This document shows positions 37,770 through 59,044 of a stretch of DNA of 64,000 nucleotides, piece by piece. Where the stretch lies: NCBI RefSeq assembly GCF_009914755.1, contig NC_060938.1; one strand, given 5' to 3'. The DNA comes from the human T2T-CHM13v2.0 reference genome, Homo sapiens. A program made the position numbers and the translations under genes. The first letter of the stretch is position 1. The number at the start of each line of letters is the position of its first letter. The notes under the pieces are model-generated. The model saw only the letters and a list, made by a program, of their open reading frames with translations. It searched no databases and was not told the origin of the DNA.

Positions 37770-38176
37770 TATATTTCATGTCAAAAGTGGGATTCCCTAG
37801 ACCAACTCTGACTCAATGAAATATGACAGATGCATTCTTTGGTTAAAGGAAGGATTAAGGGACAGGAGGTGACAAACCCTTAATGGCTGGAAGGTTGTAA
37901 AGTTGCCCATGATATTAAACAGCAGCTGGCTGCTGAGTGTTGTGAGTTAAAAGTTACCCATGGAATTTTTAAATAACAGATCCTTCCCCCCAAGAAAGGA
38001 GACCCACTCACTGGATCACCTGGCTATTTTCAGTGGCTAAAGTGAGAAGGGAAAATAGTACAGCTTGGGTGATACCTTTGGTTTTCATTTTTTCCTCCAG
38101 CTCGGAGGAAAAAAGGACCAAAAATACCCAAAGGTGGGTTTTGGATGAGTTAAAAATATTAACTATTCCAAATGCC

Positions 38177-40545
<2,369 letters not shown>

Positions 40546-40626
40546 TTTTTAAAAATCAACTAAATTTCTAACATAATAAATGAAAAAAAAAAGATTTAGA
40601 CCTAAAGAACAAAAATGTTATAAAGA

Positions 40627-40930
40627 GCTTGGTGCAGTGACTCTCATGCCTGTAATACTAGAGGTTTGGGAGGCTGAGGTGGGAGGATCACTTGAGGCCA
40701 GAAGTTCAAGACCAGCTTAAGCAACATAACAGGATTTCATCTTTACAAAAAATAAATAAATAAATAAATAGCCAGGCATGGTGGTGCTTGTCTATAGTCC
40801 TAGCTACTGGAAAGGCTGAGGCAGGAGGCTCCCTTGAGCCCAGGAGTTCAAGGCTACAGTAAACTATGATTGTGCCACTGCCCTCCAGCCTAGATGCCAG
40901 AAGGAGACCCTGTCTCTAAGAAATTAAAAT
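40627..40930 (+). mobile_element. Alu (J-type)
   Basis: Diverged Alu sequence. Confidence 0.85.
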
Positions 40931-41423
40931 TAAGAGTTCAAAAGTTTATATTGCTCTTTCCTCCAATAAGTGGGGAAAACATTAAATCAATTCCAGGACT
41001 AGACAAAGCTTTAGATAAATCAGAAAGTAGAGAAGGGCAGGGGAAGAAAAAGACACTCTGGCTGTCCAGTCTTCAGCCTAGCTGCTGCTGCCACTGCTAC
41101 AGGAACCATTCCCATTCCCATGCATCGTAGCAAGAATCTTCCCTGACAGCTGAATGTTAACCCTATAAATGCTGGATTATGGCTAGAGATTTGAGTAAAT
41201 TTGCAATGAGAAAAAAAATAAATTTCTTTAAAATATCTTGTTTTGTGACTATTGCATCTGGATGTATGAAATAATTGATGCAAAATATTATATGCTTGTA
41301 ATTTCATAATTACTACTGGGATAATTTCAATCAGGGACAGTTGCAAAGAAAGAGTGTTAATGAGAAACAAGCTTCTTGCTTTTTGCCACCAGTGGGTGGA
41401 TTCAAATGTGAACTCTTTGAACA

Positions 41424-44487
<3,064 letters not shown>

Positions 44488-46576
44488 TAGTAAAAGCAGA
44501 GCCAGTCTCCATAACTGATGATTTTTACTATTTTTGCCAATTGGAGCCTCAGGAAAAAAGGAAATAATATGAAAAGAGAAGCAATCTCCAGATAAAGATA
44601 CATTTTTAGAATTTTAAAGACCAGTTTTTAGTTTGCTAATGAACTCTCTCGAAATCAGATGTCTGACCCTTAGAAAGACTGATGAATTTCTGGCCTGATG
44701 TGCATATTTTAAGAAGGTCAGTTTGGAATGACATTTATCACAAGCCTCAGAAAAAGCCTTGCTTGTCACCTGGACTTGGAACACAGCTGTCTGCCCCTGC
44801 AAGACTTTGCCTTTGCTGCTGCCAAACCAAAGCCTCTGCTTTTTTTTGAATTTTTGAAATCACAGATCCTAATTCCTGGGACTTTAAGCTAAATGCTGAC
44901 ACTATCTGTTTTGAGCTGTTACAGCTTCCAAACAAGCTGTGCTCAACTGAAGGCAGGCATAGGTTAGGTGAATAGGACTTCAACTTGAGGACCAGTGCAG
45001 GTTTGAGACATTCCTCTGTGCAGACATACGAAAACATCAAAGACGCTGGCTGGACCACGGATGCTATGAAAACATCACGGATGCTGGCTGGACCATCTGG
45101 GTCACATACAGATACTCACAGAAGGTTTACTCTCTGATGGGACCACCTGAAATTGAGCTACTCAGTTCTGTGTTTCTAATACACCTGCGGACTGTGTTCC
45201 TAACTTGCAATTACTGCCAAAAGTTACACCCTGGGGGAAGCACATCACGGCAACTGGAATGGAAGAGATCAGTGACCCCTCCACCGCCCCGACAGACCAG
45301 ACTATCAAGCCCCTCTGGGTCTTAACATCCGTTGACCTGTTGTGTTCTGGATTCGCTGCCGTTGACTATAATGAATTGACAACCTGATTCTACTTCCCTC
45401 GCCTTTCTCCTGGTACACACAATACAGAAGGCAGGTTAATTGTTAAATGCAACTGTTTCCAGAAAGGGGTTGATCTTTTCTAGGCTGCTCACTAGATACA
45501 TGATCAGGACAAAAGAGGTGGGAGGTTATGTCAATCATTTTGAAACTTTTTGAAACTTCAGGATTCTGTCCTGATTCCTGAACATGACGTGCCTTTCTGC
45601 TTAAGTGGCATAAAACTGTTTTTCTGTGAAAATGCTTTTGTCCCCTTGCCTATAACCTTTCAGACAAAAGGTCTGATGAGAGAAGAAAAAAGTGACTAGG
45701 AAAAAACCATAATGATTACAAAATGGGAAATACTGATTTTGTAACAAAGAAGAAAAAACAAAACACTGGGGAGGTATGGGGCAGGGGCAGGGAGGCATTA
45801 ATGACCTGTTTTTAGAACTGTTTCTGGAATGACCTGTTTTTAGAACTGTTTCTGGAAGCTTCCTCCTCTTCATGAGGGAAAACTCCCCATGCTGCCTTTC
45901 CAAGATTGAAGCGGGCACTTTGAATTCAAACTGACTCCTGAGCCAAAGCCACATGGGGCCAGCACTGACCGTGGCACCCACAGCTGGCTGGCTCCAGCCC
46001 CCTGCGCTCTGTACAGCACACTTATAAGTGTCCACACACATGAGGCAAATGAAGCCATGTCACTGACAAGCAGAGCTGTTTGGAACTGACTGTCTCAAAG
46101 TCTCCCTAAAGCCGAGGACTGAATTGAATTTATCTGGACTGGACTGAGAACCCTAGGGTGGGAGGACCCAGCATGAGAGGGCACATTGCGGCACTGCACT
46201 GCTCACCTATCCTGCCTGCCTGGCCCACGTATGTCCTGCTTGGGATACCCTAGAATTGTAAATTGTGTTTCAAGGGGTGGCATGCACACCCTGTACTTCT
46301 TAGGGGTTTGCCTTGACTACCATGGAACTGCCCCGGCCCTGGAGTCTCCAGCTTACTGGCCAGAGTGTGCTGTCCTGAACTGATGCCTCAGGCCAGAAAC
46401 AAAACGTTTACACAGAAATTCAAGGAGAAAGCCACCTGGCTTTCTAAAATAGACCTTTATGGTTAATGAGGTTCATTTTAGCTGGCTAAGCCCACGACCC
46501 CTAACAGGGATAACTGCAAGTGAGTTCCACCCTACCGCATGGGATCCTACTGAGAATTTTTCTACACACCTCCCTA

Positions 46577-46828
46577 TGACAACACTTCACATGTGTTGTC
46601 ACAACTCACTGCTAAGAAAGTTAGCCATGTCCTGTGTGAGTTCCCGGGGAGAGAGCTCTGGACTTGGTTCCCTCTGGACTTTGCCCCATGCACCCTTCTC
46701 TTTGCTGATGTTGCTTGGTATTCCTTCTCTGTAAGAAATCATAGCGGTGACTACGAATGTCTCTGAGTCATGTGAGTCCATACTAGCAAGTCATTCAACC
46801 TTGAGGTGGTTTTGAGGACACCCCAACA
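46577..46828 (+). mobile_element. MER21 LTR 3' portion (putative 3' LTR)
   Basis: Aligns by eye to 37520-37769 (cacatgtgttgtcacaac...ccatgcacccttctctttgctgat). Confidence 0.7.
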
Positions 46829-48344
46829 TATATGCTAACATTCCAATGGCCAAAGCAAGTTCCACAGCCAAATCTAAAGTTAAGGAGCTGGAAAATATAC
46901 TTTACCATATTAGTGGGAGGAACCGCAAAATCTCATGGCAGACAGGCTACCAAGAGAGACAAAGGTCGGGACCATTAATTCTACCTACCACCATTCGTGT
47001 AAATATATGAAGAAATTAGAACAACCCTTGACAAATTGACAGTGTCGAATAAATTATTATTCTACAAAGCCATCCCAGATATTTCTCTTCTATGTTCATT
47101 TTTCCTTTCTCTTATCTTTTTTCAACAGTTGTTATTTACCTATATGACAGACCTTAGTTTTTCAAGTTCCTTACAAAAAAGATCGTATCCCCCAACAATG
47201 TTGTCAACCACTAAGGTAAAATATCCGACTCACTGAGTTTCTTGCCACCATCTGAGAGCCTTCCCACGGCTAAGTCCAAGGAGAGCTGACTAGTTTGTCA
47301 GACAAGGTGTCATGGAGCTACAGGCAGTCTCCAACTTTGTCTTCATTCCTCCAATAAATGTTTGTCCATGTGCAAGAGGTTTTTCAGATGCTAAACAGTA
47401 GAGAACAAAGCAGAAACAACTGAGCTAACATTCTAGTGGTATTGACCAAACCACATATTGATAAAACCCTTCAGGACTAAGGCATTCTAAATTCTAACCA
47501 AATCAACAAGAACTCAAGATATAAATCAAATGTTCATATATCATTTACAACAGAGATGTACCTTTCCAGTGATCAACATATCCCCATTAACATATTTAAG
47601 ATTAAAGTACAGATCCAAGTTTTCCTAAGGATGCAGTATAGTGCTTAAAAGTATCAGCCTCTAGTGTCAACTTGCCTCAGTCAACTTCCAGCTCCACCCC
47701 TTACTAACTGGGCCAGTTAACCTTAGGCAAGTTGCTTTAATCTTTTTGAACCACCTCTCAGGAAAACTAAGCGAGTTAAAGGAAAAGATGCAGGCAAACA
47801 TCTTAAAACAGCGCCTGGCACATAATAAGCCCTTTAAAAAAATGGCAGCTATTACTAATTATTGTTACTTAAAGACCACTTAGTTCTCAATAACGCCCAA
47901 CCACTCAGCTCCATTCTGTGTCCAATGCAGATTCTTATTCCATCAGCTAGCCAAGAAGTATGTATTTTCTTTTTGAATTTAACACATTCCTACCTGTGGT
48001 TCAGAATAAGTTTTTCTTTTGATGACCTTTTCTGACCACCCAAGGAGGCAGCAATTGTCTCTCGGTTCTTTGGGTCCCCCCTGAATATAGAGAATGAGGG
48101 GCATCTGCTAACCCAGATGCTGTGGTTATCAGTCCCGGTCCTCAGTTCCCAGATGACCCCCCTCACCTCATTTATTCTTCCTTCTTTTCAGCCCTCCTGA
48201 ACCTTCCACTCTCTTTTCAACTCAGCTATTTATTTTGCTAGGATCACTCAGTCTCTTCTAGCTTTCTTCCCCCACCAGTATCTAACAGAACAGCTCTATG
48301 CAGCACAGGCACACTAAGGCAATATACTTCATTTCAAAAAAACT

Positions 48345-50345
<2,001 letters not shown>

Positions 50346-51202
50346 CCAGCTCTTCTTAAAATGAAGTGGCAATTCCAGGTTTGGGGTAACGTAAAAGTTG
50401 AAACAGCAGAAACTCAGGGACCTGAGGCAGTTAATGACAAGACCAGGAAGAAGAAGCACCACCATCACCCCGCAGACGCTGCAGTCAGGGCTGGAGTTGA
50501 GACAGAGAGAAGCAGCTGGCCAGAGACAGGCTGACAGGTGATAGGGCAGGGTTGGCATCCTCAAAATCCAGGAGTCAGATAAAGGAGAGTGGAAGGAAAA
50601 GGTCAGCTGATTATAAGATCTTGAGCTCAAAATACTGAGATTAGGATGGGAATAAGCCTGTGGGTAAAATGGTCCACTAACAAATGACACAGAAGACACC
50701 TATGGTTAAATGAGCTTATTCTACTGAATGTGAAGCTGAATGTTAGTTGCTTTTGTGGTCTGCTATCATTTTCAACTTTCCTGGGCCAGGCCCCCTTTTC
50801 CAAGGGTACAACCTGGTTCCCATCTTAGAACTCAATTTCCATTCAGGGGTACTGTTTTTAAGCATACTTAAACGCACACCTGAGTGTGCTTCACCATCCC
50901 ACACACTCCACAGCCCACCCACTTTCTGGAACTATTCAGCCCTCAGTAGCCTTGTAGCAAACCAAGAATGGCAAATGTTTCCACCACTCCCTTTTCCTCC
51001 AATACACCAGCCCCACCTTAAGGATCCTCGCTTTGAGGGGAGGATCAAACATAAGGAATGATAGCCCGAAACACCAACAGCCAACCGTATTTCAGTGTTT
51101 CACCCAGAGCCAGCCCGGTTTACTTTCAAATATATGCAACTGCATTTAAAACTGTCCAACTCTGCTTAAGGAGTCTTCAGTCATAGCCATAAAATGTAAC
51201 AG

Positions 51203-54055
51203 TGTGTGCACAGTCAGTGGGTTCTTGGTCTCACCGACTTCAAGAATGAAGCCACGGACCCTCGCAGTGAGTATTACAGTTCTTAAAGATGGCGTGTCCA
51301 GAATTTGTTCCTTCTGGTATTTGGACATGTTCAGAGTTTCCTCCTTGTGGTGGATTCGTACTCTAGTTAGCTTCAGGAGTGAAGCTACACACCTTCTCGG
51401 TGAGTGTTACAACTCTTACAGCAGCGCACCTGGAGTTATTCATCCCTCCCCGTGGCCTCAGGGGCCTCACTGACCTCAGCAGTGAAGCTGCAGACCTTTG
51501 CGGTGTTACAAGCTCTCTAAGGCAGTGCAGCTGGAGTTGTCCGTTCCTTCTAGCAGATTCACAGTCTCATTGGCTTGATGAGTAAAGCTGCAGACTTTCA
51601 CGGGGAGTGTTGCAGTTCATAAGCGCAGTATAGACCCAAACGGCTAGCAACAACAGGATTTAGTTGAAAGAACAAACCACCGGCAGCCCCCTCACCACAG
51701 AAACAGACTCCAACAAGTTACGTGCTAGCTCGCTCAGCCTGCTTTTATTCCCTTCTCTGGCCCTACTCACATCCTGCTGATTGGTCCATTTTACAGAGAG
51801 CTGATTGGTCCGTTTTGACAGGGTGCTAATTGGTGCATGTACAAACCTTGAGCTAGACACAGAGTGCTGATTGGTGCATTTACAATCCTTTAGCTAGACA
51901 CAAAAGTTCTCCAAGTCCCCACTAGATTAGCTAGACACAGAGCACTGATTGGTGTGTTTACAAACTTTGAGCTAGACACAAGAGTGCTGATTGATGTGCA
52001 TTTACAAACCTTTAGCTAGACATAAAAGTTCTCCAAGTCCCCACCCGACTCAGTAGCCCAGGTGGCTTCCCCTAGTGGATCCTGCGCCCTGGCCGGAATT
52101 GCCCACCAGTCCCGTGCGGCGCGCCGCCACTGCTCAGCCCTTGGGCGGTGGATGGGACCGGGCTCCCTGGAGCAGGGAGCGGCGCCCATCTGGGAGGCTC
52201 GGGCCGCCCAGGAGCCCACGGAGAGTAGGGGGCGGGGGCTCGGGCATGGCAAGCTGCAGGTCCCGAGCCCTGACCTGCGGGCAGGCAGCTGAGGCCCGGC
52301 GAGAATTCGAGCGCAGCGTGGGCGGGCCGGCAGTGCTAGGAGACCCAGCGCACCCTCCGCAGCTGTGGGCCCAGGTGCTAAGCTCCTCACTGCCCAGGGC
52401 TGGCGGTGCCAGTCGGCTGCTCCGAGTGAGAAATGACAGCGTGCTGGCAGTCCTCACAGCCCTCGCTCGCTCTCGGCGCCTCCTCTGCCTGGGCTCCCAC
52501 TTTGGCGGCACTTGAGGAGCTCTTCAGCCCACCGCTGCACTGTGGGAGCTCCTTTCTGGGCTGACCAAGGCTGGAGCCGGCTCCCTCAGCTTGCCGGGTG
52601 GTGTGGAGGGAGAGCGGGAATCGGGGCTGCGCATGGCGCTTGCGGGCCAGCTGAAGTTCCGGGTGGGCGTGGGCTGGGCGGGCCCCGCACTCCAAGCAGA
52701 CAGGCCGGGCAATGAGGGGCTTAGCACCCAGGCCAGCGGCTGCGGAGGGTGTACTGGGTCCCCCAGCAGTGCCAGCCCACCGGCGCTGCACTCGATTTCT
52801 CGCCGGGCATTAGCTGCCTTCCTGCGGGCAGAGCTCGGGACCTGCAGCCCGCCATGCCTGAGCCTCCCACAGCCTCCGTGGGCTCCTGTGCGGCCCGAGT
52901 CTCCCCGATGAGCGCCGCCTCCTGCTCCAGGGCGCCCAGTCCCATCGACCACCCAAAAGCTGAGGAGTGCGGGTGCACGGCGGCGGACTGGCAGGCAGCT
53001 CCATCTGCAGCCCCGGTGCGGGATCCGCTGGGTGAAGCCAGCTGGGCTTCTGAGTCTGGTGGGGACGTGGAGAACCTTTACGTCTAGCTCAGGGATTGTA
53101 AATACACCAATCAGCACCCTGTGTCTAGCTCGGGGTTTGTGAGTGCACCAATCGACACTCTGTATCTAGCTACTCTGGTGGGGCCTTGCAGAACCTTTGT
53201 GTAGATATTCTGTATCTAACTAATCTGGTGGGGACGTGGGGAACCTTTGTGTCTAGCTCAGGGATTGTAAACGCACCAATCAGCGCCCTGTCAAAACAGA
53301 CCACTGGGCTCTACCAATCAGCAGGATGTGAGTGGGGCCGGATAAGAGAATAAAAGCAGGCTGCCCGAGCCAACAGTGGTAACCCGCTGGGGTACTCTTC
53401 CACACTGTGGAAAATTTGGTCTTTTGCTCTTTGCCGTAAATATTGTTACTGCTCACTCTTTGGGTCCGCACTGCTTTTACGAGCTGTAACACTGTAACAC
53501 TCACCATGAAGGTCTGCAGCTTCACTTGTGAAGCCAGCGAGACCATGAGCCCACCGGGAGGAATGAACAACTCCAGACTCGCTACCTTAAGAGGTGTAAC
53601 ACTCACTGAAGGTCTGTAGCTTCACTCCTGAGCCAGTGAGACCACGAACCCAGAAGGAAAAAACTCCGAACACCGGAAGGAACAAACTCCAGGCGTGCCA
53701 CCTTAAGAGCTGTAACACTCACTGCGAGGGTCCGTGGCTTCATTCTTGAAGTCAGTGAGACGAAAAACCCACCAATTCAGGCCATACGAGTGCGGAGCCC
53801 ACCCAGCTCGCGCCCACCCAGAACTCGCGCTGGCCCTCAAGGGCTGCGCGCAGCCTCGGTTCCCGCCCGCGCCTCCCTCTCTCTCCACACTGCCCCGCAA
53901 GCAGAGGGAGCCAGCTCTGGTCCCTGCCAGCACACAGAGGGGCTCCCACAGTGCAGCGGCGGGCCGAAGGGCTCCCGAAGCGTGGCTAGAGTGGACGCCA
54001 AGGCCGAGGAGGCACTGAGAGCGAGTGAGGGCTGCTAGCACGTTGTCACCTCTCG
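51203..54055 (-). mobile_element. Outer LTR12-family (ERV9) solo LTR, split by an inner LTR12
   Basis: Reverse LTR12 sequence at 51203-52426 and 53791-54055; ctgattggt repeats; flanks ACAG/ATAG. Confidence 0.9.
52427..53786 (+). mobile_element. Inner LTR12C-like solo LTR, TSD CGAG
   Basis: TGAGAAATGACAGCGTGCTGGC ... ccaccaattc; CCAAT repeats 53107-53320; TSD 52423-52426 and 53787-53790. Confidence 0.92.
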
Positions 54056-54446
54056 ATAGGTGCACCTAAATACGGGTTCATTATTTGACCAAAGGCGGGA
54101 TTCTACGTCTAGACATGCATACCCACCTACATTCTCTTGTACACAGTACCATGGCCGTTTCTAATATGAAATGGAAACCTACATATCAAAACAATAGCTA
54201 TAAATACGTGGTGGGTGTGGTCTGTTCCTTAACCCTACTAAGGCCTTCATCTGAGGAAGCAGATCTATATTAAAAGAGAGCAGTATTTCCCAAGTAGCCC
54301 TTGAGTTCACACAAAAATTTTGTTTTCTAATTTGGCCTTTGATTTGATTTTGTTTTCTAATTTGGCCTGAGATAATCAGCCAATATGGTCACCATATTGA
54401 ACAGCACAGATCTAAAAGGATTTCCCGAGTATGGAAAATCTCTGTG

Positions 54447-54924
54447 GGTGTCTAGGATGGTTAATTTTGTGCATCAGCTTGACTGGGCCATGGTGCCCAG
54501 TTATTTGGACAAACATTATTCTGGATGTTTCTGTGAAAGTGTTTTTGGATGAGATTTGCATTAAATTGGGAAACGTTGAGTAAAGCAGACTGCCATCCAT
54601 AATATGGATGGGCCTCATCCAATCAGTTGACGAGCTGAATACAACAAAAGGCTGACCCTGCCCTGTGCAAGGGGTAATTCTGCCAGTAGACAGCCTTCAG
54701 ACTTTACATGCAATATTGGCTCTTCTTTGTTCTACAACAGCTTTTGGACTCGAAGTACAGCCTTTCCTGAGTCTCCAGCGCACTGGCCTCCCCCCATCAG
54801 ATTTTGGACTCTCCAAGCTTCCACAAGCACAGGAGCCAATTCCTTAAAATAAATCTGTTTCTATATCCATATATACACATCCTATTCATTCTTTATCTCT
54901 GGGCAACCATGACTAGCTAATACA
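54447..54924. mobile_element. MLT2 solo LTR
   Basis: Same motifs as the other MLT2 copies. Confidence 0.78.
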
Positions 54925-55473
54925 GTCTCTAAATCAAACTGTGGTACCTTCTTTACTAAGGAATTCCTTCTAATAGCTCTATACCCATTGGCTTTCACAA
55001 CATGAATCAGGGGTTGAAATTTCTGCATATTTTTCTCAGATCTGCTCCAGGCGACTTCCTTTCCCATGGCTAGTTAAATGGGGACTGGAGAAGGCGGAGA
55101 AATACTCACATTTTTAAAAGATTACAGCTAATTATGTAGGCACACTGGCCCTTAGACCTATCTTACCTGGCATTTTATAATTTCCCTTTCACACAATATA
55201 ATTTAATTCATATTTGGGGGACAGGAATATTGATCTACACTGTAACTTGTCTAGTTTCTGGAACGATAAACTAAAACTTCAAGCATATAAAATATGTTTA
55301 TACTCTAAATTTTTAGTTTTTTCCCTAGTATTTGTATGTCTAGATATAATTACAAAGTCTATGTGATGTTTTTCATGTGACGATCCAATACAGTGCTTCC
55401 CTGAGCCCTTAAAAAATAAAAAATAAAAATACAACTTAAAGAAACAAAAACTCCCTACCGTAGCCGCTACAAG

Positions 55474-55792
55474 GGAGGCTAAGGCGGGAGGATTGCTTGA
55501 GGACAGGAGTTCGAGGCCAGCCTGGGCAACATAGTAAGACTTCCGTCACAAACACAAAAACTCCCAACCCGGGTTCGAGACCAGCCTGACCAACATGGAG
55601 AAACCCCGTCTCTACAAAAAATACAAAAATTAGTCAGGCTTGGTGGCACATCCTTGTAATCCCAGCTACTCGGGAGGGTGAGGCGGAGACTCGCTTGAAT
55701 CCGGGAGGCGGAGGTGGCGGTGAGCCGAGATCGCGCCATTGCACTCCAGCCTGGGCAACAAGAGCGAACTCCGTCTCAAAAAAAAAAAAAAA
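55474..55792 (+). mobile_element. Alu left-monomer fragment plus 5'-truncated AluSp-like element abutting the promoter
   Basis: Alu sequences; CpG-rich. Confidence 0.8.
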
Positions 55793-55799
55793 TCACCTC

Positions 55800-56740
55800 C
55801 CAACCGTATGGACCACGCTGACATCCTGCCATCAAGAAGCAAAGCTTTCCAGCGTCCCCCAAGCGCTAGGGCCGCCTTCTGACTCTTCCGCCCCGCCTCC
55901 GCCCCCTGCACTCTCCCAACTGGCGGGAGGAGGGCGCCCTCCCAGCCAATCAACGTCCCACAGGGCCCGCCTCCCGCGCGTCTTTCAAAGGTCTTCTAGG
56001 AACCAATCAGCGATTAGAGGCCGAGTCTTCGGCCACCCAAAGGCGGAGTAAGAAACCAGAAGCGGATCTGATTGGTTGCTGGAAGACGCCGCGCCCACCT
56101 CACAGAAGGACGAACCAGTGAGCTAAGCTGCGGGGCGCGGGCTCGGCCGGGGCACCGGTGAGTCGCCGGCGCTGCAGAGGGAGGCGGCACTGGTCTCGAC
56201 GTGGGGCGGCCAGCGATGAAGCCGGTGAGTCGGACGTGCTGGGGTTTGGAGGAGCGAGGCGGCAGGGACGCAAGCGGTCCCGGGGACCCGATCCTGGGCC
56301 GGAGGGCAGCCCTAGCCTGGTAGCAGTGCGACTGGCGCCGTAACCGTTCTGCGGGTCGGGGAGGTGACTCGCACGGGCCCAGCACGGGCACGAGAGACGA
56401 AGGAGCAGGGTCGGTGGCCGACGAAGGAAAGACGGACATTCGCTGTGCACCTGCTGTGGGCTGTCACCTGTCCCCTGCGGGGTCTCATAAGCCTCCCAGC
56501 CGCCCAGCCAAAGAGGGCCGAGCCTCGTTGTACCGAGGAAACCGAGCCGAAGAGCTTGAGTGTCAGCGATGAGTGGGCGCGATACCCCAGCCCCGAAGGG
56601 TGGCCGGGCGCTACCTGCGCCCACAGGGCCTGGGGAAACCTTGAGTACGAATGCCACGCCGCGGCTTGTGGGCGACACCACCGCTGTCACCATGCCCCAG
56701 GGCCACCTGGCAATGCTGCTCTTTTCCCGTGACGTTCAGA
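55800..56740 (+). promoter_or_regulatory. CDKN3: CDKN3 CpG-island promoter: GC boxes (~55888-55906), E2F-like TGGCGGGA (55921), CCAAT boxes (55946, 56003, reverse 56071), reverse CHR TTCAAA (55984-55989)
   Basis: High CpG density around the ATG exon; motif set typical of NF-Y/DREAM-regulated G2/M genes. Confidence 0.85.
56216..56224 (+). CDS. CDKN3: CDKN3 exon 1 coding part (M-K-P)
   Basis: GCGATGAAGCCG followed by donor GTGAGT at 56225, inside a CpG island; joins in frame to exon 2 to give the known N-terminus MKPPSSIQTSEFDSSDEE. Confidence 0.96.
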
Positions 56741-56996
56741 ATCACAGGGCCTGGGGAAGCAGAAACGTCCAGCTCTGTTAGGATTAATAAACCTGGTGAA
56801 TGGGCCACACAAATTTGAAATATGAATCATCAAAGTTGCTTTAAAGAAAAAACAGATGCAGGCAAGGAGCTGAAGATCCCCCACCTAACCCATATTTCCT
56901 ACTGCCCGGCTTGACAACCTACTGGAAGCCTTTCCTTTGGGTGCAGTTGATTATAATACTTCAGATAGAGCCAAAGCAACAGAAATCCATAGCCTA

Positions 56997-57442
<446 letters not shown>

Positions 57443-58019
57443 TCACTCCTGGCCTCTTTCTCCACCTGTCCCCATTGAGTTATCTGATCCCCGAGTTTGG
57501 AAGGAACTGAACACCAGTATCTCAACTTTTTCTTTCCTTCTTTCTTGGGATCTACCTGCCTGCCTGCAGAAGGTGCTTTCTGGTCCACTCTCTGGCACAC
57601 AGGAGCCCCAGACTGTCCATGGCCACCTGTGACTGGGTGGATACATTTGTCTAATTCTGGGGTGAACAAGGGGCAAGCCCACGTGGCAACAGCTTTAAGC
57701 TGCATACTCCATTTGATATACAATAATAAAACTCCATTTCTTTATCTTTCAATTGGTTTCAACTAGGGAGTGACAAAAGGGTATGGGTTTTGTTCTGTTT
57801 TGTTTTTGTTTTTCTTTTTCTTTTGATTCCTTAAAATTTCAACAAGGAGTGTAGAAGTCTTCCATGTCAAAATGCTGCAGGATTAAGTTCCAACTGCTTA
57901 GATCAGCATACGAAGTCTATCTCAATCTCTCTAGTCTAGTGATTCATAAAGTTGGAGGCAGGTTATTTCACCTACACCACCCCCACCAAACTACTAGGCC
58001 ATGTGGGGATGTTTTTTGA

Positions 58020-58577
<558 letters not shown>

Positions 58578-59044
58578 TAATACCTTTCTTCTGTAATCTA
58601 TGCACACATCTGTCTCTCCAGCCATACTGAAGGCAGGCTATTTATCTTATAGATCTTTTGCATCTCCAGTGCTTGGCAAATGAAGGTGGCCAAGAAATAT
58701 TTGTGAATGAATAAATCTCCTCACTTTATAGTTGAGGAAAATCGAGATCCAGAACCAACTGAAGTGGCTTGTCAGAGAGTATACAGTAAGTGGCAGAACC
58801 AAGATCAGAAGCCAGATTTCTTGGTTCCCAATCCAACTCTCTTTCCACTATGCAGTGCTATAATTATTAATAGGAAGGTAAATAGCAGTCATTTATTATT
58901 AATATTGCTGATCTCGTTAATATTCTGGATTGATGGCTGAATACATTGCAAATATGAATTCAGTGTGTGTTTAGACAAGGATTAGCTATCCTAAAACTAC
59001 AAAAAAATTCTTTACAGTTATTTAACATAACATTTCTTTTGAAG

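Noticed and set aside
52016-54065. Dense overlapping ORFs suggesting a gene or a second host CpG island
   Set aside because: GC-rich LTR12 sequence is simply poor in stop codons
56014-56693. Antisense ORFs over the CDKN3 promoter
   Set aside because: Expected by chance in a CpG island; no homology recognised
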